Both the position numbers and the translations under genes were made by a program. The notes below the pieces were generated by a model, which did no database searches, had not been told where the DNA came from, and worked only from the letters and a program-made list of their open reading frames with translations. Below, one piece after another: positions 20,490 to 31,733 of a stretch of DNA of 64,000 nt. This DNA comes from Bryobacterales bacterium (GTDB lineage Bacteria > Acidobacteriota > Terriglobia > Bryobacterales > UBA6623). Position 1 is the first letter of the stretch, and each line of letters starts with the position of its first letter. The stretch is from contig OY729427.2 in the NCBI GenBank assembly GCA_963422375.2, positions 1,184,001 to 1,248,000 on the forward strand, in the 5' to 3' direction.

Positions 20490-22120
20490 AACCGCGAGCA
20501 TGCATTGAGGGTTGAACGTTCGACCCTCTGGGCAGCATGCGGCGATGCCCTCGGATCGATCGGTGAGCTAACTGACCAAATCGCCTTGAAACAGCGGACT
20601 GGCAGCAATGCTCTCCAACGCCCTGTTGGATGGACGAGACGAATCGGAGGTCGTGCCGGTGCCAATGTAAGATTGCCACCTAGCCGCTACTCCGATGATT
20701 CTCAGCCACGCCTTGCTACATGTCGTGCAATCGGGCCACATGGTCTCGACGTGGGGGCATTCTCTAGAGTGGAGCTTCAGATCTGACTTAGCGATGACCT
20801 TGCGGGAGGCAAGGGGACCCAAGCGGCCGCCTCGCATCTCGCTTCCACAAGCTCGCCGTGGTACCGCAACACTCTTCGCGGTTGGACCCGTTCCGGCGGG
20901 AACGGTGCCACGATGCGTATTGAGCCACATGTCTAGGCAAGCCCGTCACCTGATGAAGCAGGCACGTTCCTACTTGATGTTGTTCGCAACTCTGTTTGCA
21001 CACATTCGCATCCATGTGGCATACTAAGTGCAGTATTTCATGCCTTTGTGCTTGCTCGTGAGATGACTCTTTGGCAGCGTCACTCGACCGAATATCTACT
21101 CGATATTGTTAGCGTTCCTAATGCCATTCCTGCACTTATGAGCGGTGATGATACGTTGTCAACCATTGGGACGGCAGCGTTCAATAGGCTCATTAGGACT
21201 TTCTGGATGCATAAAGTTCTGAAATATCGCGCTGTAAATATGCCCTCAATAAAGCTTGTACGTCTAGAGAAATTACATGTTCACATCGGTGCAATTAGGG
21301 TATTCCCGATCCCTAAATCTTCCTAAAACGTCAGTCCTAGGTGACGGAGTACTCACTGGAATAGCGGCCGATGTTTTCACTTGCTACGAGTTACATCCAG
21401 AGAAGCAATTGAGTGGTTAGTTTAACGATATTGGAACAGATGTCGACATCATTGCAACGATGGACGGTACCATCATGGGCGCATCATCCGAATCGTATCC
21501 CTCGATTTCAATGCCTAATGATGCACTCTTTTGTTCGGAATCGGAGCGCCCATACAGGCCCAGAATGGGGTCCGTCTCAAGAGGACACTCCTGTCCAGAC
21601 CTTCTATATTGGTTTGCCCCTCAATGTCGAGCCGAGGCATTGTCTCGCGTCCCAAACGGGGAAATATACATTCATGAATTGCGGGTATCCAAGGAGTTGT
21701 GAGACCCGATTCGCTCTTGACGAGAGGAAATTCATAAGGCAGTCATTCCGTCTCCCTACGGGCAAGACGATGTTGGTCAAGCGTCGCAGGAACATCCCAC
21801 AGTACAAGTCCTTGTCTCGGAAGCCGTCGGAAGGGCAGGCCCAATGGGAGGTATCAGGGGGTTCTAGTGCAGGAACGAGTCCCGGAAGCAATTCGCAGGC
21901 GCACATTGTCGGTCCATCACGGTCAACTCGTAGTGAGCAAGTTGGATCAATTGTGCCTAATGGACAGATCTTGCCCAAGAAATTGCAGAAGGACATCAGC
22001 TACATCGAACGTAACTCTGAAGATGAAGCGATGATGTTGCGGATGCTGAGGCGAGTTACTAAGAGGGCATTTCCATCTGATGTAGAGACATTTGTGGCTG
22101 CCCTTGTCAGACTTGTCTAA
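20490..22120 (+). pseudogene. Long ADP-ribosylglycohydrolase (ARH/DraG family) gene, decayed; 5' boundary approximate
   Basis: Collinear motifs across stops and frameshifts: WAACGDALG, YSDDSQ, SGGNGATMRIEPH, CTHSHP, GTDVDIIATMDG.IMGA. Stops at 20784 (TGA) and 20934 (TAG). Confidence 0.8.
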
Positions 22121-22953
22121 TGCCCGTCCACACCGGCAATCCCTTCGGGAAATCTCGCGCATCAGGCCAGCTCAGAAGAAGTCCTCCATCAGGAGGGGCA
22201 GGTTAAAGGCGAGACACAATTCTCTTCTGATTCCTGTCAGATTTGTGCAATAGAGGACAGTCTCCGGACCGCACGGAATGAATAATACCAACATCAAACC
22301 AAGTGAGAGGCATCTGAAATCTAGGCTTCAAGAGCAGTGACTCAGACATCCCGAGCTTGTATCGCTTTCGATGCCGGAAGCAGGCCGCCCCGACGGACCG
22401 GGAGAGAAACACCGGCCGCACCCGGGCCGGCACTCATCAGGATGGGCCGGTTGCAACGCCCGTGAGGTGCTTGACACCCCCATCCACGGGCCCGGGCGTG
22501 GACACTCGGCTAAGCCGTAGCACTTCAATGGCTAGGATGGGAGCTCCTGTCCCCTGTACCCGACTCGAACCCGTGAAGGGACAAACGAGACGGTCGGCAT
22601 TCCGGGAACCCCACGTACTCGCAAATCTAGCCCGAAATGCACCGTCCTCGCATCAAGAAATCGCGAATCTCGCAGAGCCCACGAGTTTGGGAGCGTCCCG
22701 ATACACGCTAGTGGCAATGCGTGGCGAGTCGGCGAACCGCTGGTACGAGCCAGTCCGCCGACAGGTCACCCGCCTGCTGCCAGAGGTCTTGACACCGCCA
22801 GTGCCACATCGCGGTCAGGTCTTGCTCCTCATCGAGGCGCAGCACGTCCCGGAGGGTCCCTGGCACGGGCGATTCGAGCCGGCCAAACCCGTCGACACGC
22901 CCGGTCAGGCGAAGGAGCTGGGTATGCGCGGCCGGCAGCTCGTCCACGCGTTC

Positions 22954-24411
22954 CTACTTCAGAGCGACCGGATCCGCGAAGGGTCCAAGCCAAGGTCTCC
23001 CAGCAGGGCCACAGCCCTCTCGACGCGCAGCTCGGACGCCTTGAGCCCCTTGCGCACTCCGAAATGATTTCGACAGTTCCCCCATGATTCTAACGAGCTT
23101 GTCCGCTTGCGTCCGGTCAGGAGCGTACGCCCACGGGCAGCGGTCCACCCCTAAGAGTGATTTGACGACGGGCGACACGCGAGCGATGTCGACCGGCTGA
23201 GCCATATTTGGTCGCGCCTTCACTAGGAGCTGGTTAGATACCTCTAGATCCTCCGTATCGCACCACTGGTATGGGATCACGCTGGGGTGGTCAAACAAGA
23301 GGCCCTTTGCCCATTCAGCATGATGTTCCTTCAACTCGAGTCGAAGCCTTAGATAGGACGATTCAACTGGGTCGCTGCCTGCTCTGAGATCAACACACTT
23401 GAATAACTTTCTGTCAACTAGGCGACCAGCCAAGTTCGAGATGCTGCCGTTATCGGCGTACTTGAGCTCCGCCACAGAGGCCCAGACCACAGCGTCGTCA
23501 AGACAAAGCAAGTCACCTAGCGAAGGAGATTCAGTGGTAAGATACCGGCATAGAGGTCCAGGAAGAGCGAAGTGTCCCTCTCTCGCGACACTTGCCACGA
23601 GATTCAGCAGTGCCTCGAGCATTTTCTCGGCGGCTCTTGTGGTCTTGTGCATATAAACCATACAGTACAGCCGGTAGCGAGCTTCAAGGTACTCCTCTGC
23701 AACCGACATCCCCTTGGGGTCCAGATACAGGATCGGCACCTTGGTAGGCCCATCACCGCGCCCGATCACGAGTGATCCGACCTCTAGGCAATCAAGAAGC
23801 CAGTCGCGGTCAAAGTCCCCATATCCGACACCTGTCATTTGGCGGTCTCGTTGAATGTAGTCGAGACGGTCAGCGTCAAACTTACTGGTGACAACCGACG
23901 TGAAAATGTCACCGGCATCTCGCTTCAACAGATTGCTGATCTCGTCAGGAAGGCACGTATCCACCTCCCCCAGAACGGAGTTCACCTCCGTGTGATCGCG
24001 AATCACCTCCACGCTCCAGTCTTCGTGCCTTTTCGGCTCTCCAACCCCCATGCCCTCGAACGCATGGCTGAACGGCCCGTGCCCGATGTCGTGTAGGAGC
24101 GCAGCCAGCAGGGCCACCCGCGCCCGGACGGAGTCATACGTGTCGCTCTGCTTGCGCTTGATGACGCAAACGATCTGACGCGCCGTGTGGTAGACGCCAA
24201 TACTGTGTGCAAATCGGCTGTGGGTCGCTCCCGGATAGACCATATCGGCTAGTCCGAGTTGGCGAATGCGACGCAAGCGCTGGAACTCGGGCGTTTTGAT
24301 CAAGCGCCATGCGATTCGGTCGGTCTCGTTCTGAAACGGATCAGCGTTCCCACCAAACACAATGAGGCCGTGAACCGCATCGCGGACGCGCTGCTTCATG
24401 CCGTTCGTCAT
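22954..24411 (-). CDS. HD-domain phosphohydrolase (SAMHD1-like/dNTP triphosphohydrolase family); C-terminus probably altered by a deletion
   Basis: RDAVHG, FQRLRRIRQLG, HSRFAHSIG, LLHDIGHGPFSH, DADRLDY, VYMHKT. Confidence 0.9.
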   Translation of the reverse strand: MTNGMKQRVRDAVHGLIVFGGNADPFQNETDRIAWRLIKTPEFQRLRRIRQLGLADMVYPGATHSRFAHSIGVYHTARQIVCVIKRKQSDTYDSVRARVALLAALLHDIGHGPFSHAFEGMGVGEPKRHEDWSVEVIRDHTEVNSVLGEVDTCLPDEISNLLKRDAGDIFTSVVTSKFDADRLDYIQRDRQMTGVGYGDFDRDWLLDCLEVGSLVIGRGDGPTKVPILYLDPKGMSVAEEYLEARYRLYCMVYMHKTTRAAEKMLEALLNLVASVAREGHFALPGPLCRYLTTESPSLGDLLCLDDAVVWASVAELKYADNGSISNLAGRLVDRKLFKCVDLRAGSDPVESSYLRLRLELKEHHAEWAKGLLFDHPSVIPYQWCDTEDLEVSNQLLVKARPNMAQPVDIARVSPVVKSLLGVDRCPWAYAPDRTQADKLVRIMGELSKSFRSAQGAQGVRAARREGCGPAGRPWLGPFADPVALK

Positions 24412-24760
24412 CGCCCCTGCCCAGACTCCCGCCTCTCTAACCGGCTAGCGCCCCAAGCAACCCGACCCGCCACGCACTCCCAGCCGACCACCGTTCCGTC
24501 TGGCACTCTGAACTCATCGTACCGCAAATGATACGAAGATTACGGCTCGTAATCTGCCTTCCAATTGTCTGTAAAAGGATTTTTACCGCAATCTTTGACG
24601 AACACAGAAGAACCGGCTTGCGAGGAAAGAGGGCGGGGCCTGAGGGCGCAAGGGACCATCGCCCTCGATGTCTGAATCCTGGGTGAGTAACGAGTCAAGC
24701 GCATGCGCTAGCGTACGACCGCGGTCGCCAATCCTCGGTAGGCGAGCCAAGCGCTATGTA

Positions 24761-25015
24761 GTGCTTGTGACAAAACCCCTGAATTCTGGCCCGATCAGCA
24801 TTTCATACTACATCCTGAGGTCGGATGGATCTCCAAACACAACATATAGGGCCCAAGGTCGGAAGTTGCTCAGACGCCAATCGCGAAGATTTCCGCGCTC
24901 TACCCAGAATCGCCAGGATTTCGGATTAGTCGTAGCATTCCAGCGAAATCTTCGCCTTGAGAGATTGGACCTAACGCCTTTTTTGTCAAGGGGATACGAG
25001 TTTTGTCACGGGCAC
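24761..25015. mobile_element. MITE (255 bp) with 16-bp imperfect TIRs and a TATGTA target duplication
   Basis: GTGCTTGTGACAAAAC at 24761 and GTTTTGTCACGGGCAC ending 25015; TATGTA at 24755-24760 and 25016-25021. Confidence 0.85.
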
Positions 25016-25439
25016 TATGTAGGGCCGCCGCATTTGGCTTCGTGGCCTTGCGTTGCGCCCGGGGGAGCACCTGCGGAGTCTGCGCCCAGTGGCTGCTCCA
25101 ATCCCGAGAGGCGGCAGGGGGCCCGAGCGGATTCGAAGTGCCGGCACCAGCAAGGCTGGGAATTGACGGCCGAATCGAATGAGGTCACTCCACGACAGCT
25201 AGGGTTTGATCTCGGCGGATCTGGCGAGCACAGCGCGAGGCTGGCGCGACGGGCGAGTCAGGGCCGATCGGTCGCGGTCCGGCTCGACCAGCTTGTTGCG
25301 ACACGAGATGTTCACACGACGCGTGGCGCATTCCCTGCGAAGTCGAGCCCTTTCATGATGTAGTTCAAGCGACCCGCTGCCCATGTCGGGCGCTCTGGGC
25401 CGACGGTCGCGAGGCGCAGCCGGGCAAGTCGCAACCGGC

Positions 25440-25605
25440 ATCCGCCCTCTCGGTCCCGCCTGAGCTGGCACTTGACCATCCAAGGCCTGTTGTCGTTTGC
25501 GCCGAGCTGGCACGCCGGTTCCAGCGGCGGGGTGCCGTTGTGGGCCCTTGAGGGCAGGTCTAGGACGAGGAGCCAAGTGGTCAGCGGCAGCGTGGCGCTC
25601 AATAG
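25440..25605 (-). pseudogene. Degenerate IS1595 transposase fragment
   Basis: ATLPLTTWLLVLDLPSRAHNGTPPLEPACQLG..PWMVK aligns by eye with TKLPLTVWFLALHLLTQGQHGVSSLELARQLG..AWKVK at about 59760-59890. Confidence 0.6.
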
Positions 25606-26826
25606 GATCGTGCCGACCGGCAGCGAAACCTAGCGCTTTCAGCCGTGGCACTAGTACAGGGCCCGGCGAGTCCCAAGACGGTAGAGTCTTTGACGGTAAT
25701 AGGCTAGGTATGCGACGCCGTCAGGCCGGAGGACGCCGAGCAGAATCCGAAGGGCGTCCCGTCAATGAAGGGTATCTTAATCTTATTGAATGGACTTATG
25801 GGGGTGATAATCCATCATAGTGAAACTGGTTGCGCAAAGCACCTGTTCTATCTATACAGGCGTCTGCGGGGCGTAGCGCCGCTCTGGTGCGAACGCACGC
25901 CCGAGGAAGCGAACACTTATCGGAGAGAGGGCGGCCGCAGCGGGCACTGCCAAGCAGTGGCGCAGGCTGCGGGCGCAAGCTAGGCGCTAGGGCGAGGACT
26001 TGGCCGGCTGGGTGCCCGCCTCCGGCCCATGCCACGTCCATGGAATTGCACCCTCGGCCGGACATCCAGCCCCATTCCCAAGTAGAGATCGGGCTCATTG
26101 GGGTTTGGACAGATTGATGGTACAATTCAGGCCCCACCCAAGCGTTTCACGTCAATGCCCGGTCAGGCAGGCCGCAATGACTGGATTGGAATTCCAGTAC
26201 GGTGGGGCTGACCGGTATCGCGTGCAGGTCCTAGGCATCCAAGCCGACCCAACAGCACGCCACCGGGCATGACCTACGGTTGATGCGTTTCACATGCGGC
26301 TTCGGAATCGTCCAACGTACCCCATCTGGAGTCAGACCCATCTGGATGTCTGAATCTACATCCCTCAATTTCGCTAGGCCGGTGCGGCAGCGGGTCCGGG
26401 AGACTCGTCTCGGGTTGTCGAACGAAAAGTCCGGGAGTCGCGACCCGCTTTGAACTGGCCCTCCAACCGCCGGTTGCTGCGCGGGGACAACCAATAGTTC
26501 GATTGGCAGAGATTGCCGCCGACGGCCGGCCCGGTCAGGTCGATTCCGCGACCGGCAGCTGCGGAAACTCGAGGCTCGTTGGGATTTGATTCAGAGATCT
26601 GCGATGATACTTCCCAGGCTGCTCTCGTCGCGGGCGTCCCTACAGGCGCGCGCGCACCGGAGTTCCAGCGATGGCCGAGCGCTTCCGAGCAGCTCTCGGG
26701 AACCTGTCGGGCCGAGCCCCATTCACGGCGTAAGATGGTATCAGCTAATCGGCAGGCGGTCGCTCGACCTCAAGGCCCCGCCATTCCCGCCTAGCCCCGC
26801 GAATTGCCGGGCTCCCCTCCGTACTC

Positions 26827-28137
26827 ATGTCGAACCTAGCAGTGTTGGGCCTCCAGTGGGGGGACGAGGGCAAGGGCAAGATCATCGACCTCGTGGCGGA
26901 ACACTTCGATATTGTCGTGCGTTGCCAAGGAGGCAACAATGCGGGCCACACCGTCAAGGCCGGCGGCCAGGTCTTCAAGTTGTCTCTCGTGCCGAGCGGA
27001 ATCCTGCGTCCGGGCAAGATCTCCGTGGTCGGCAACGGCGTGGTGATCGATCCCAGGGCGTTCATGGAGGAAGTAGACGGGCTCCGCGACAAGGGCGTGC
27101 CGGTGGACGGCAACCTACTCGTCAGCAACCGCGCGCACGTCGTGTTCCCGTATCACCCGGTCATGGAGCGGTCGACGGAGGCATCGCCTGGCGGGCGCAG
27201 GATCGGCACTACGGCGCGCGGTATCGGGCCGTGCTACGAAGACAAGGCCGCCCGGCGTGGCATTCGCGTGGCCGACCTGCTGTCGACCGACACCTTCCCC
27301 GACCGCTTCCGGTCGATAGCGAAGGAAAAGGCCGCCGTGGCGGCGGCTGCGGGAATCGAAGGGCCCACTTGGGACACCGACGCATCCGTCGCGGGCTATC
27401 TAGAGATGGCGGAGCGCCTGCGACCGTTCGTGAGGGACACCACGAGATACCTCAACGACGCTATCCGCCAGGGCAAGCGCCTTCTGTTCGAAGGCGCTCA
27501 AGCCACGATGCTCGACATCGACTTCGGCACCTATCCGTTCCTGACCTCCTCGAACGCGACCGCGGGCGGACTCTGCACAGGCTCGGGAGTCTCGCCGCGG
27601 ATGCTGCACGACATCGTGGGCGTCGCCAAGGCTTACGCCACCCGGGTCGGCGAGGGCCCCTTCGCGACGGAGGTCACCGGCCCTTCTGGGGACTCGCTTC
27701 GCGCGGCAGGAGCAGAGTTCGGCACCGTGACGGGGCGGCCGCGGCGGTGCGGATGGCTCGACTTGCCGCTCTTGCGCTACGCGCACGCCATCAACCACCT
27801 CTCGACGCTCTTTGTAACGAAACTCGACGTCCTCGACTCACTGGACCGCATTCCCGTCTGCACGGGCTACCGCTACAAGGGGTCGCCGATCGACTGGATG
27901 CCCGCCGTGGCCGAAGAGTACGCGGAAGTGCAGCCGGTCTACGAGGAACTGCGGGGGTGGAACAGCCCCACTCCGACCATTCGCGACTTCGGTCGCCTAC
28001 CGCAGGCGGCCAAGGACTACATCGCGTTCGTACAAGATCGCATCGAAGTCGAAATCGGCGGCGTTTCAACGGGGCCCGACCGAGATCAGTCGATCATCCG
28101 CCCCGGATCGGTCTTGGCGCGCATTGCCGGCGCGTGA
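26827..28137 (+). CDS. purA: Adenylosuccinate synthetase
   Basis: QWGDEGKGK, GGNNAGHT, GTVTGRPRRCGW, TKLDVL. Confidence 0.97.
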   Translation: MSNLAVLGLQWGDEGKGKIIDLVAEHFDIVVRCQGGNNAGHTVKAGGQVFKLSLVPSGILRPGKISVVGNGVVIDPRAFMEEVDGLRDKGVPVDGNLLVSNRAHVVFPYHPVMERSTEASPGGRRIGTTARGIGPCYEDKAARRGIRVADLLSTDTFPDRFRSIAKEKAAVAAAAGIEGPTWDTDASVAGYLEMAERLRPFVRDTTRYLNDAIRQGKRLLFEGAQATMLDIDFGTYPFLTSSNATAGGLCTGSGVSPRMLHDIVGVAKAYATRVGEGPFATEVTGPSGDSLRAAGAEFGTVTGRPRRCGWLDLPLLRYAHAINHLSTLFVTKLDVLDSLDRIPVCTGYRYKGSPIDWMPAVAEEYAEVQPVYEELRGWNSPTPTIRDFGRLPQAAKDYIAFVQDRIEVEIGGVSTGPDRDQSIIRPGSVLARIAGA

Positions 28138-28290
28138 GCCCTAGGCATCACCAGCCAAGACGGCCGCGGAATCCGGCCTAGTACGCGACCGCGCCGGGCA
28201 ACGCGGAAAGCTCCCCCCTCCGCCAAGGCAAGCCGCCCTGGCCCGCCTGCGCGGGACAGGGCGGCGCGGAAGCCTTGGGAATGCCTCGAA

Positions 28291-30393
28291 TCAGTCGCCG
28301 CTTGCCCCGACTGTCTCGCGGGGCTCGCTCGGCGCTGCGATTTGCACGAGTTGCGGGGCCGCGGGCTCCTTGAGGACGTCCCTGCGGTACATCTTCATCA
28401 GCTTGGCCTCGTCCTCGGCAGACAGGTTGCGGGTCCGGGCGCCACTGGACGGAATCTGCTCGCCGCGGGCCTTCGCCTCGGCCAGCTTGCGGTCGCGGGC
28501 CGCGATCTTCTCCTCGCGAGCATTCTGCGGGCCGTCCGATACCTGCGCTCCGCGGGCGGCGTGGTCGGCGTTGATGTGCAGCTGGTCGCTGAGATGCGTG
28601 ATCTCCTCGACCTTGCGCCCGCCGGCGTATATCTTGTGCCGACCGTGCTCCCCGTACCAAGTTGACAGGGTCGCGGTCATGTGCATCTTCTCGATGATGT
28701 TGCGCCAGCCGATGCCGGTGTTGTACGCGCAGAATGAGATCTCGCCCTCCTGCGTGCCGTAGGGGATGACGCACATCTCGGTCCGCCGGAAGTCGTAGTT
28801 GAAGAGGTCCTGGAACCACATCCCGGCCACGAACAGGAAGTTCCACGGATCGTTGCGCCGTGCGGTGCCCTTGCCGTAGTTCCGTCCGCTCAGCGCGAAG
28901 GACTTGTCGAACTTCTTGAGCAGGTCGAACATCGAGAAGTCCGCCGGGGCCTTCATCGGGTTGTAGTTCTTGAGCAAGGCGAGGCCCATCTGCATGTTGG
29001 TCGCGAACTTGCCGCGCCCGGAGTCGGTGACGCGACGGATGTCCTGCACGAATTGCGGCACGTTGATGAATTCCGGCACCGCCGCCATGTCCTTGGTCTG
29101 CTTGTTGATCATCAGCGCCGTGCCCACGCCGCAGTTCGGGTGGCAGCCGCAGCTGACCTGGCCCCACTGGGCCTGCGGGCCGTGGGCCAGGTCGGCGGCG
29201 TCGACGAAGCTACCCATGACCGAGATCGGGAACCAGTCGCGCGTCGGCTCGGTGATGCCGACCTGCTGCTTGACGTCGTGCGCCAGGTGGCTCAGCGTGT
29301 AGCGCTGGCGACGGCGTCGCTCGTCGGTGATCTCCTCGTCGCGGCCGGTGAAGGAGACCGGCTGGAAGGCGATGAAGGCGATCCGGCCCGGGTTGTCGCG
29401 CGCGAACTGGATAATCGGGCCGACCTCCTCGTTGTTGACATTGTTCACCAGCGTGGTCACCAGCACGATCTCGATGCCCGCGTCGTGCATGTTCTCGATC
29501 GCCTTGATCTTGACGTCGAACAGGTTGCCGATCTTGCGGTGCTGGTTCGGCTCGTTGCCGATCCCGTCGAACTGCAGGTAGGCGTAGCGCATGCCGGCGT
29601 CGGCCACAGCCTCGGCGAACTCCCTGTTCTTGGCGAACTCGATGCCGTTGGTCGCCGCCTGAACCGAGTTGTAGCCGATCTTGCGACAGTACTGCACTGC
29701 CTTGAGGAAGTAGGGCGACATGGTCGGCTCTCCGCCGGAGAACTGGACCGACATCTGGCGCCGGGGCTTGATGCTGATCGCGTTGTCGAGGATGGTCTTG
29801 ATCTCTTCCCACTCGAGCTCGTGGACGAATCCGACCTGATTGGCGTCCATGAAGCAGGGGTCGCACATCATGTTGCAGCGGTTGGTCAGGTCGACGGTCA
29901 GGACGGCGCCGCGACCCCACTTCACGGTCGAGGAGCCGTGGTTGTGCAGGTCCTCGTCGTTATGGGCGCGGATGTCGCGTCCCGGGAACTGCGCTTCGAT
30001 GTGCTCGAGGAACTTGGCGTCGATCGCCATGAGGTCCTCGATCCGCCCGTGGCGAGGACAGTCCTTGACCATCCAGATCTGGCCGTCTCGCTCCAGGATG
30101 GTCGCCTTGACCTCGCCGACCTTCTCGGTCTTGAGGATCGAGTAGTCCACCTCTCCGTTCAGGATGACCTCGCGCGCCTCGCGCACGCACTTCGGGCAGA
30201 GGGAGTCGGTCTGGCGAGGCCAGCCGAGCGGGGGCTTGGTCTTCTCCCACGACTTGAGCATGGGCTTGTCGGACCAATTCGGCGTGAATGCCGGATTCGG
30301 CGCCTTGCTGCCATCGAGCTTGCGGGCGATCTTCCAGCCGCCCTTGGCCACCTGCGTAAGGCCGCGCTCCAAGTATTTCACCGGTCGCTGCAT
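28291..30393 (-). CDS. Radical SAM protein, tetraether lipid synthase (Tes/GDGT-MAS)-like
   Basis: N-terminal SLCPKC..KDCPRHG, CxxxCxxC (TNRCNMMCDPCF), FSGGEPT, YLQFDG, CHPNCG, ISFCAYN. Confidence 0.8.
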   Translation of the reverse strand: MQRPVKYLERGLTQVAKGGWKIARKLDGSKAPNPAFTPNWSDKPMLKSWEKTKPPLGWPRQTDSLCPKCVREAREVILNGEVDYSILKTEKVGEVKATILERDGQIWMVKDCPRHGRIEDLMAIDAKFLEHIEAQFPGRDIRAHNDEDLHNHGSSTVKWGRGAVLTVDLTNRCNMMCDPCFMDANQVGFVHELEWEEIKTILDNAISIKPRRQMSVQFSGGEPTMSPYFLKAVQYCRKIGYNSVQAATNGIEFAKNREFAEAVADAGMRYAYLQFDGIGNEPNQHRKIGNLFDVKIKAIENMHDAGIEIVLVTTLVNNVNNEEVGPIIQFARDNPGRIAFIAFQPVSFTGRDEEITDERRRRQRYTLSHLAHDVKQQVGITEPTRDWFPISVMGSFVDAADLAHGPQAQWGQVSCGCHPNCGVGTALMINKQTKDMAAVPEFINVPQFVQDIRRVTDSGRGKFATNMQMGLALLKNYNPMKAPADFSMFDLLKKFDKSFALSGRNYGKGTARRNDPWNFLFVAGMWFQDLFNYDFRRTEMCVIPYGTQEGEISFCAYNTGIGWRNIIEKMHMTATLSTWYGEHGRHKIYAGGRKVEEITHLSDQLHINADHAARGAQVSDGPQNAREEKIAARDRKLAEAKARGEQIPSSGARTRNLSAEDEAKLMKMYRRDVLKEPAAPQLVQIAAPSEPRETVGASGD

Positions 30394-30636
30394 GCGTTCA
30401 CCTTTCCGAGAGTCGAATCGCCACCGGCAACGCGGACCGGCGCGAGTGGCCGGATCCCGTGCAGCCGGAGCGTCGGCGGGCCAGCCGCCACACGATCCTC
30501 GGCTAGTCTACGCAGGCACCGGAGCGCGGCACAATAGGAAACCGCCGAATCGCAGAAATTTGCGTGTCTATGGCAGCATTGGGGGTTGAACGGCAGCCTT
30601 AGCCCGTCCGCGGCGACGGATGCCGGCGGGCCAGGC

Positions 30637-31710
30637 ATGCTCGACTCCCGCCCCGTGAAGGACCGCGCCCGCGAGCTCGGCTTCGAGCTCGCGGGCGTGG
30701 CCCCGGCCGAGCCCACGCCGGAAGCGGCCTTCTACCCGCTCTGGCTGGCCCGCGGGTACCACGGGGCCATGCAGTACCTCGAAGGCCGCCGGGGCGCGAT
30801 GCGCGCCGACGCGCGCAGCCTGCTGCCTGCGGCGAGATCGGTGGTCTGCGTCGGCATGGTGTACAACGCGCCCGCGCCGTACTCGACCGAGTTCGAGGAC
30901 GGCGAGGAGGGCTGGGTGTCGCGCTACGCCTGGGGCGCGGACTACCACGGCGTGCTCAAGGAACGCCTGCGCTCGCTGGCGGACTGGATGCGGTCGCGGT
31001 ACGGCCAGGGGGTCCTCTGCAAGATCTGCGTCGACACGTCCCCCCTGCTGGAGCGCGCGTACGCCAAGCGAGCCGGACTGGGCTGGATCGGCAAGAACAC
31101 CTGCCTGATCAGCGAGCGGCTCGGATCGTGGGTCTTCCTAGGGGAGATCCTCACGTCGCTCGAGCTGGCGCCCGACAGCCCGCCGCCCGACCGTTGCGGC
31201 ACCTGCCGGCGCTGTATTGACGCCTGTCCGACGGACGCGCTCGTGGAGACCGCGGACGGGCCGTCACACGCCCTGGACTCCCGCCTATGCATTTCGTACT
31301 GGACGATCGAGCTGCGGGACGCGATCCCGGCGGAGCACCGGGAAGGGGTCGGGCACCACGTGTTCGGCTGCGATATCTGCCAAGACGTGTGCCCGTGGAA
31401 CAGCCCCCGCCGAGCGGCAACCACCGACGAAGCCGCCTTTCAGCCCGCCAACGCCAGCCCGGACCTAGACGAGCTCGCGGGGCTGAGCGAGGAAGAGTTC
31501 GATGCCCGCTTCGCCGGCACGCCGATCAAGCGCGCTCGCTTCGCCGGATTCCTGCGCAACGTCGTCGTTGCCATGGGCAACAGTCGGAATCAAGGCTTCC
31601 GCCCCGCCTTGGAGAGACTGGCCCGCTCGCCGGAGCGCCAGACCCGCGAGCACGCGGCATGGGCCTTGGAGCAGCTGGCTCGGGGCGCCAGCGCCGACGA
31701 GAGCACCTAG
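30637..31710 (+). CDS. queG: Epoxyqueuosine reductase
   Basis: SRYAWGADYH, VDTSPLLER, GWIGKN, CGTCRRCIDACPT, GCDICQDVCPWN. Confidence 0.95.
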   Translation: MLDSRPVKDRARELGFELAGVAPAEPTPEAAFYPLWLARGYHGAMQYLEGRRGAMRADARSLLPAARSVVCVGMVYNAPAPYSTEFEDGEEGWVSRYAWGADYHGVLKERLRSLADWMRSRYGQGVLCKICVDTSPLLERAYAKRAGLGWIGKNTCLISERLGSWVFLGEILTSLELAPDSPPPDRCGTCRRCIDACPTDALVETADGPSHALDSRLCISYWTIELRDAIPAEHREGVGHHVFGCDICQDVCPWNSPRRAATTDEAAFQPANASPDLDELAGLSEEEFDARFAGTPIKRARFAGFLRNVVVAMGNSRNQGFRPALERLARSPERQTREHAAWALEQLARGASADEST

Positions 31711-31733
31711 CAGCGGCGCGGACCGGCCGCTAC

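Noticed and set aside
25620..25655. Resemblance to an IS200/IS605 right end (GCTTTCAGCCGTGG)
   Set aside because: Short match, with no tnpA, tnpB or iscB remnant recognised nearby
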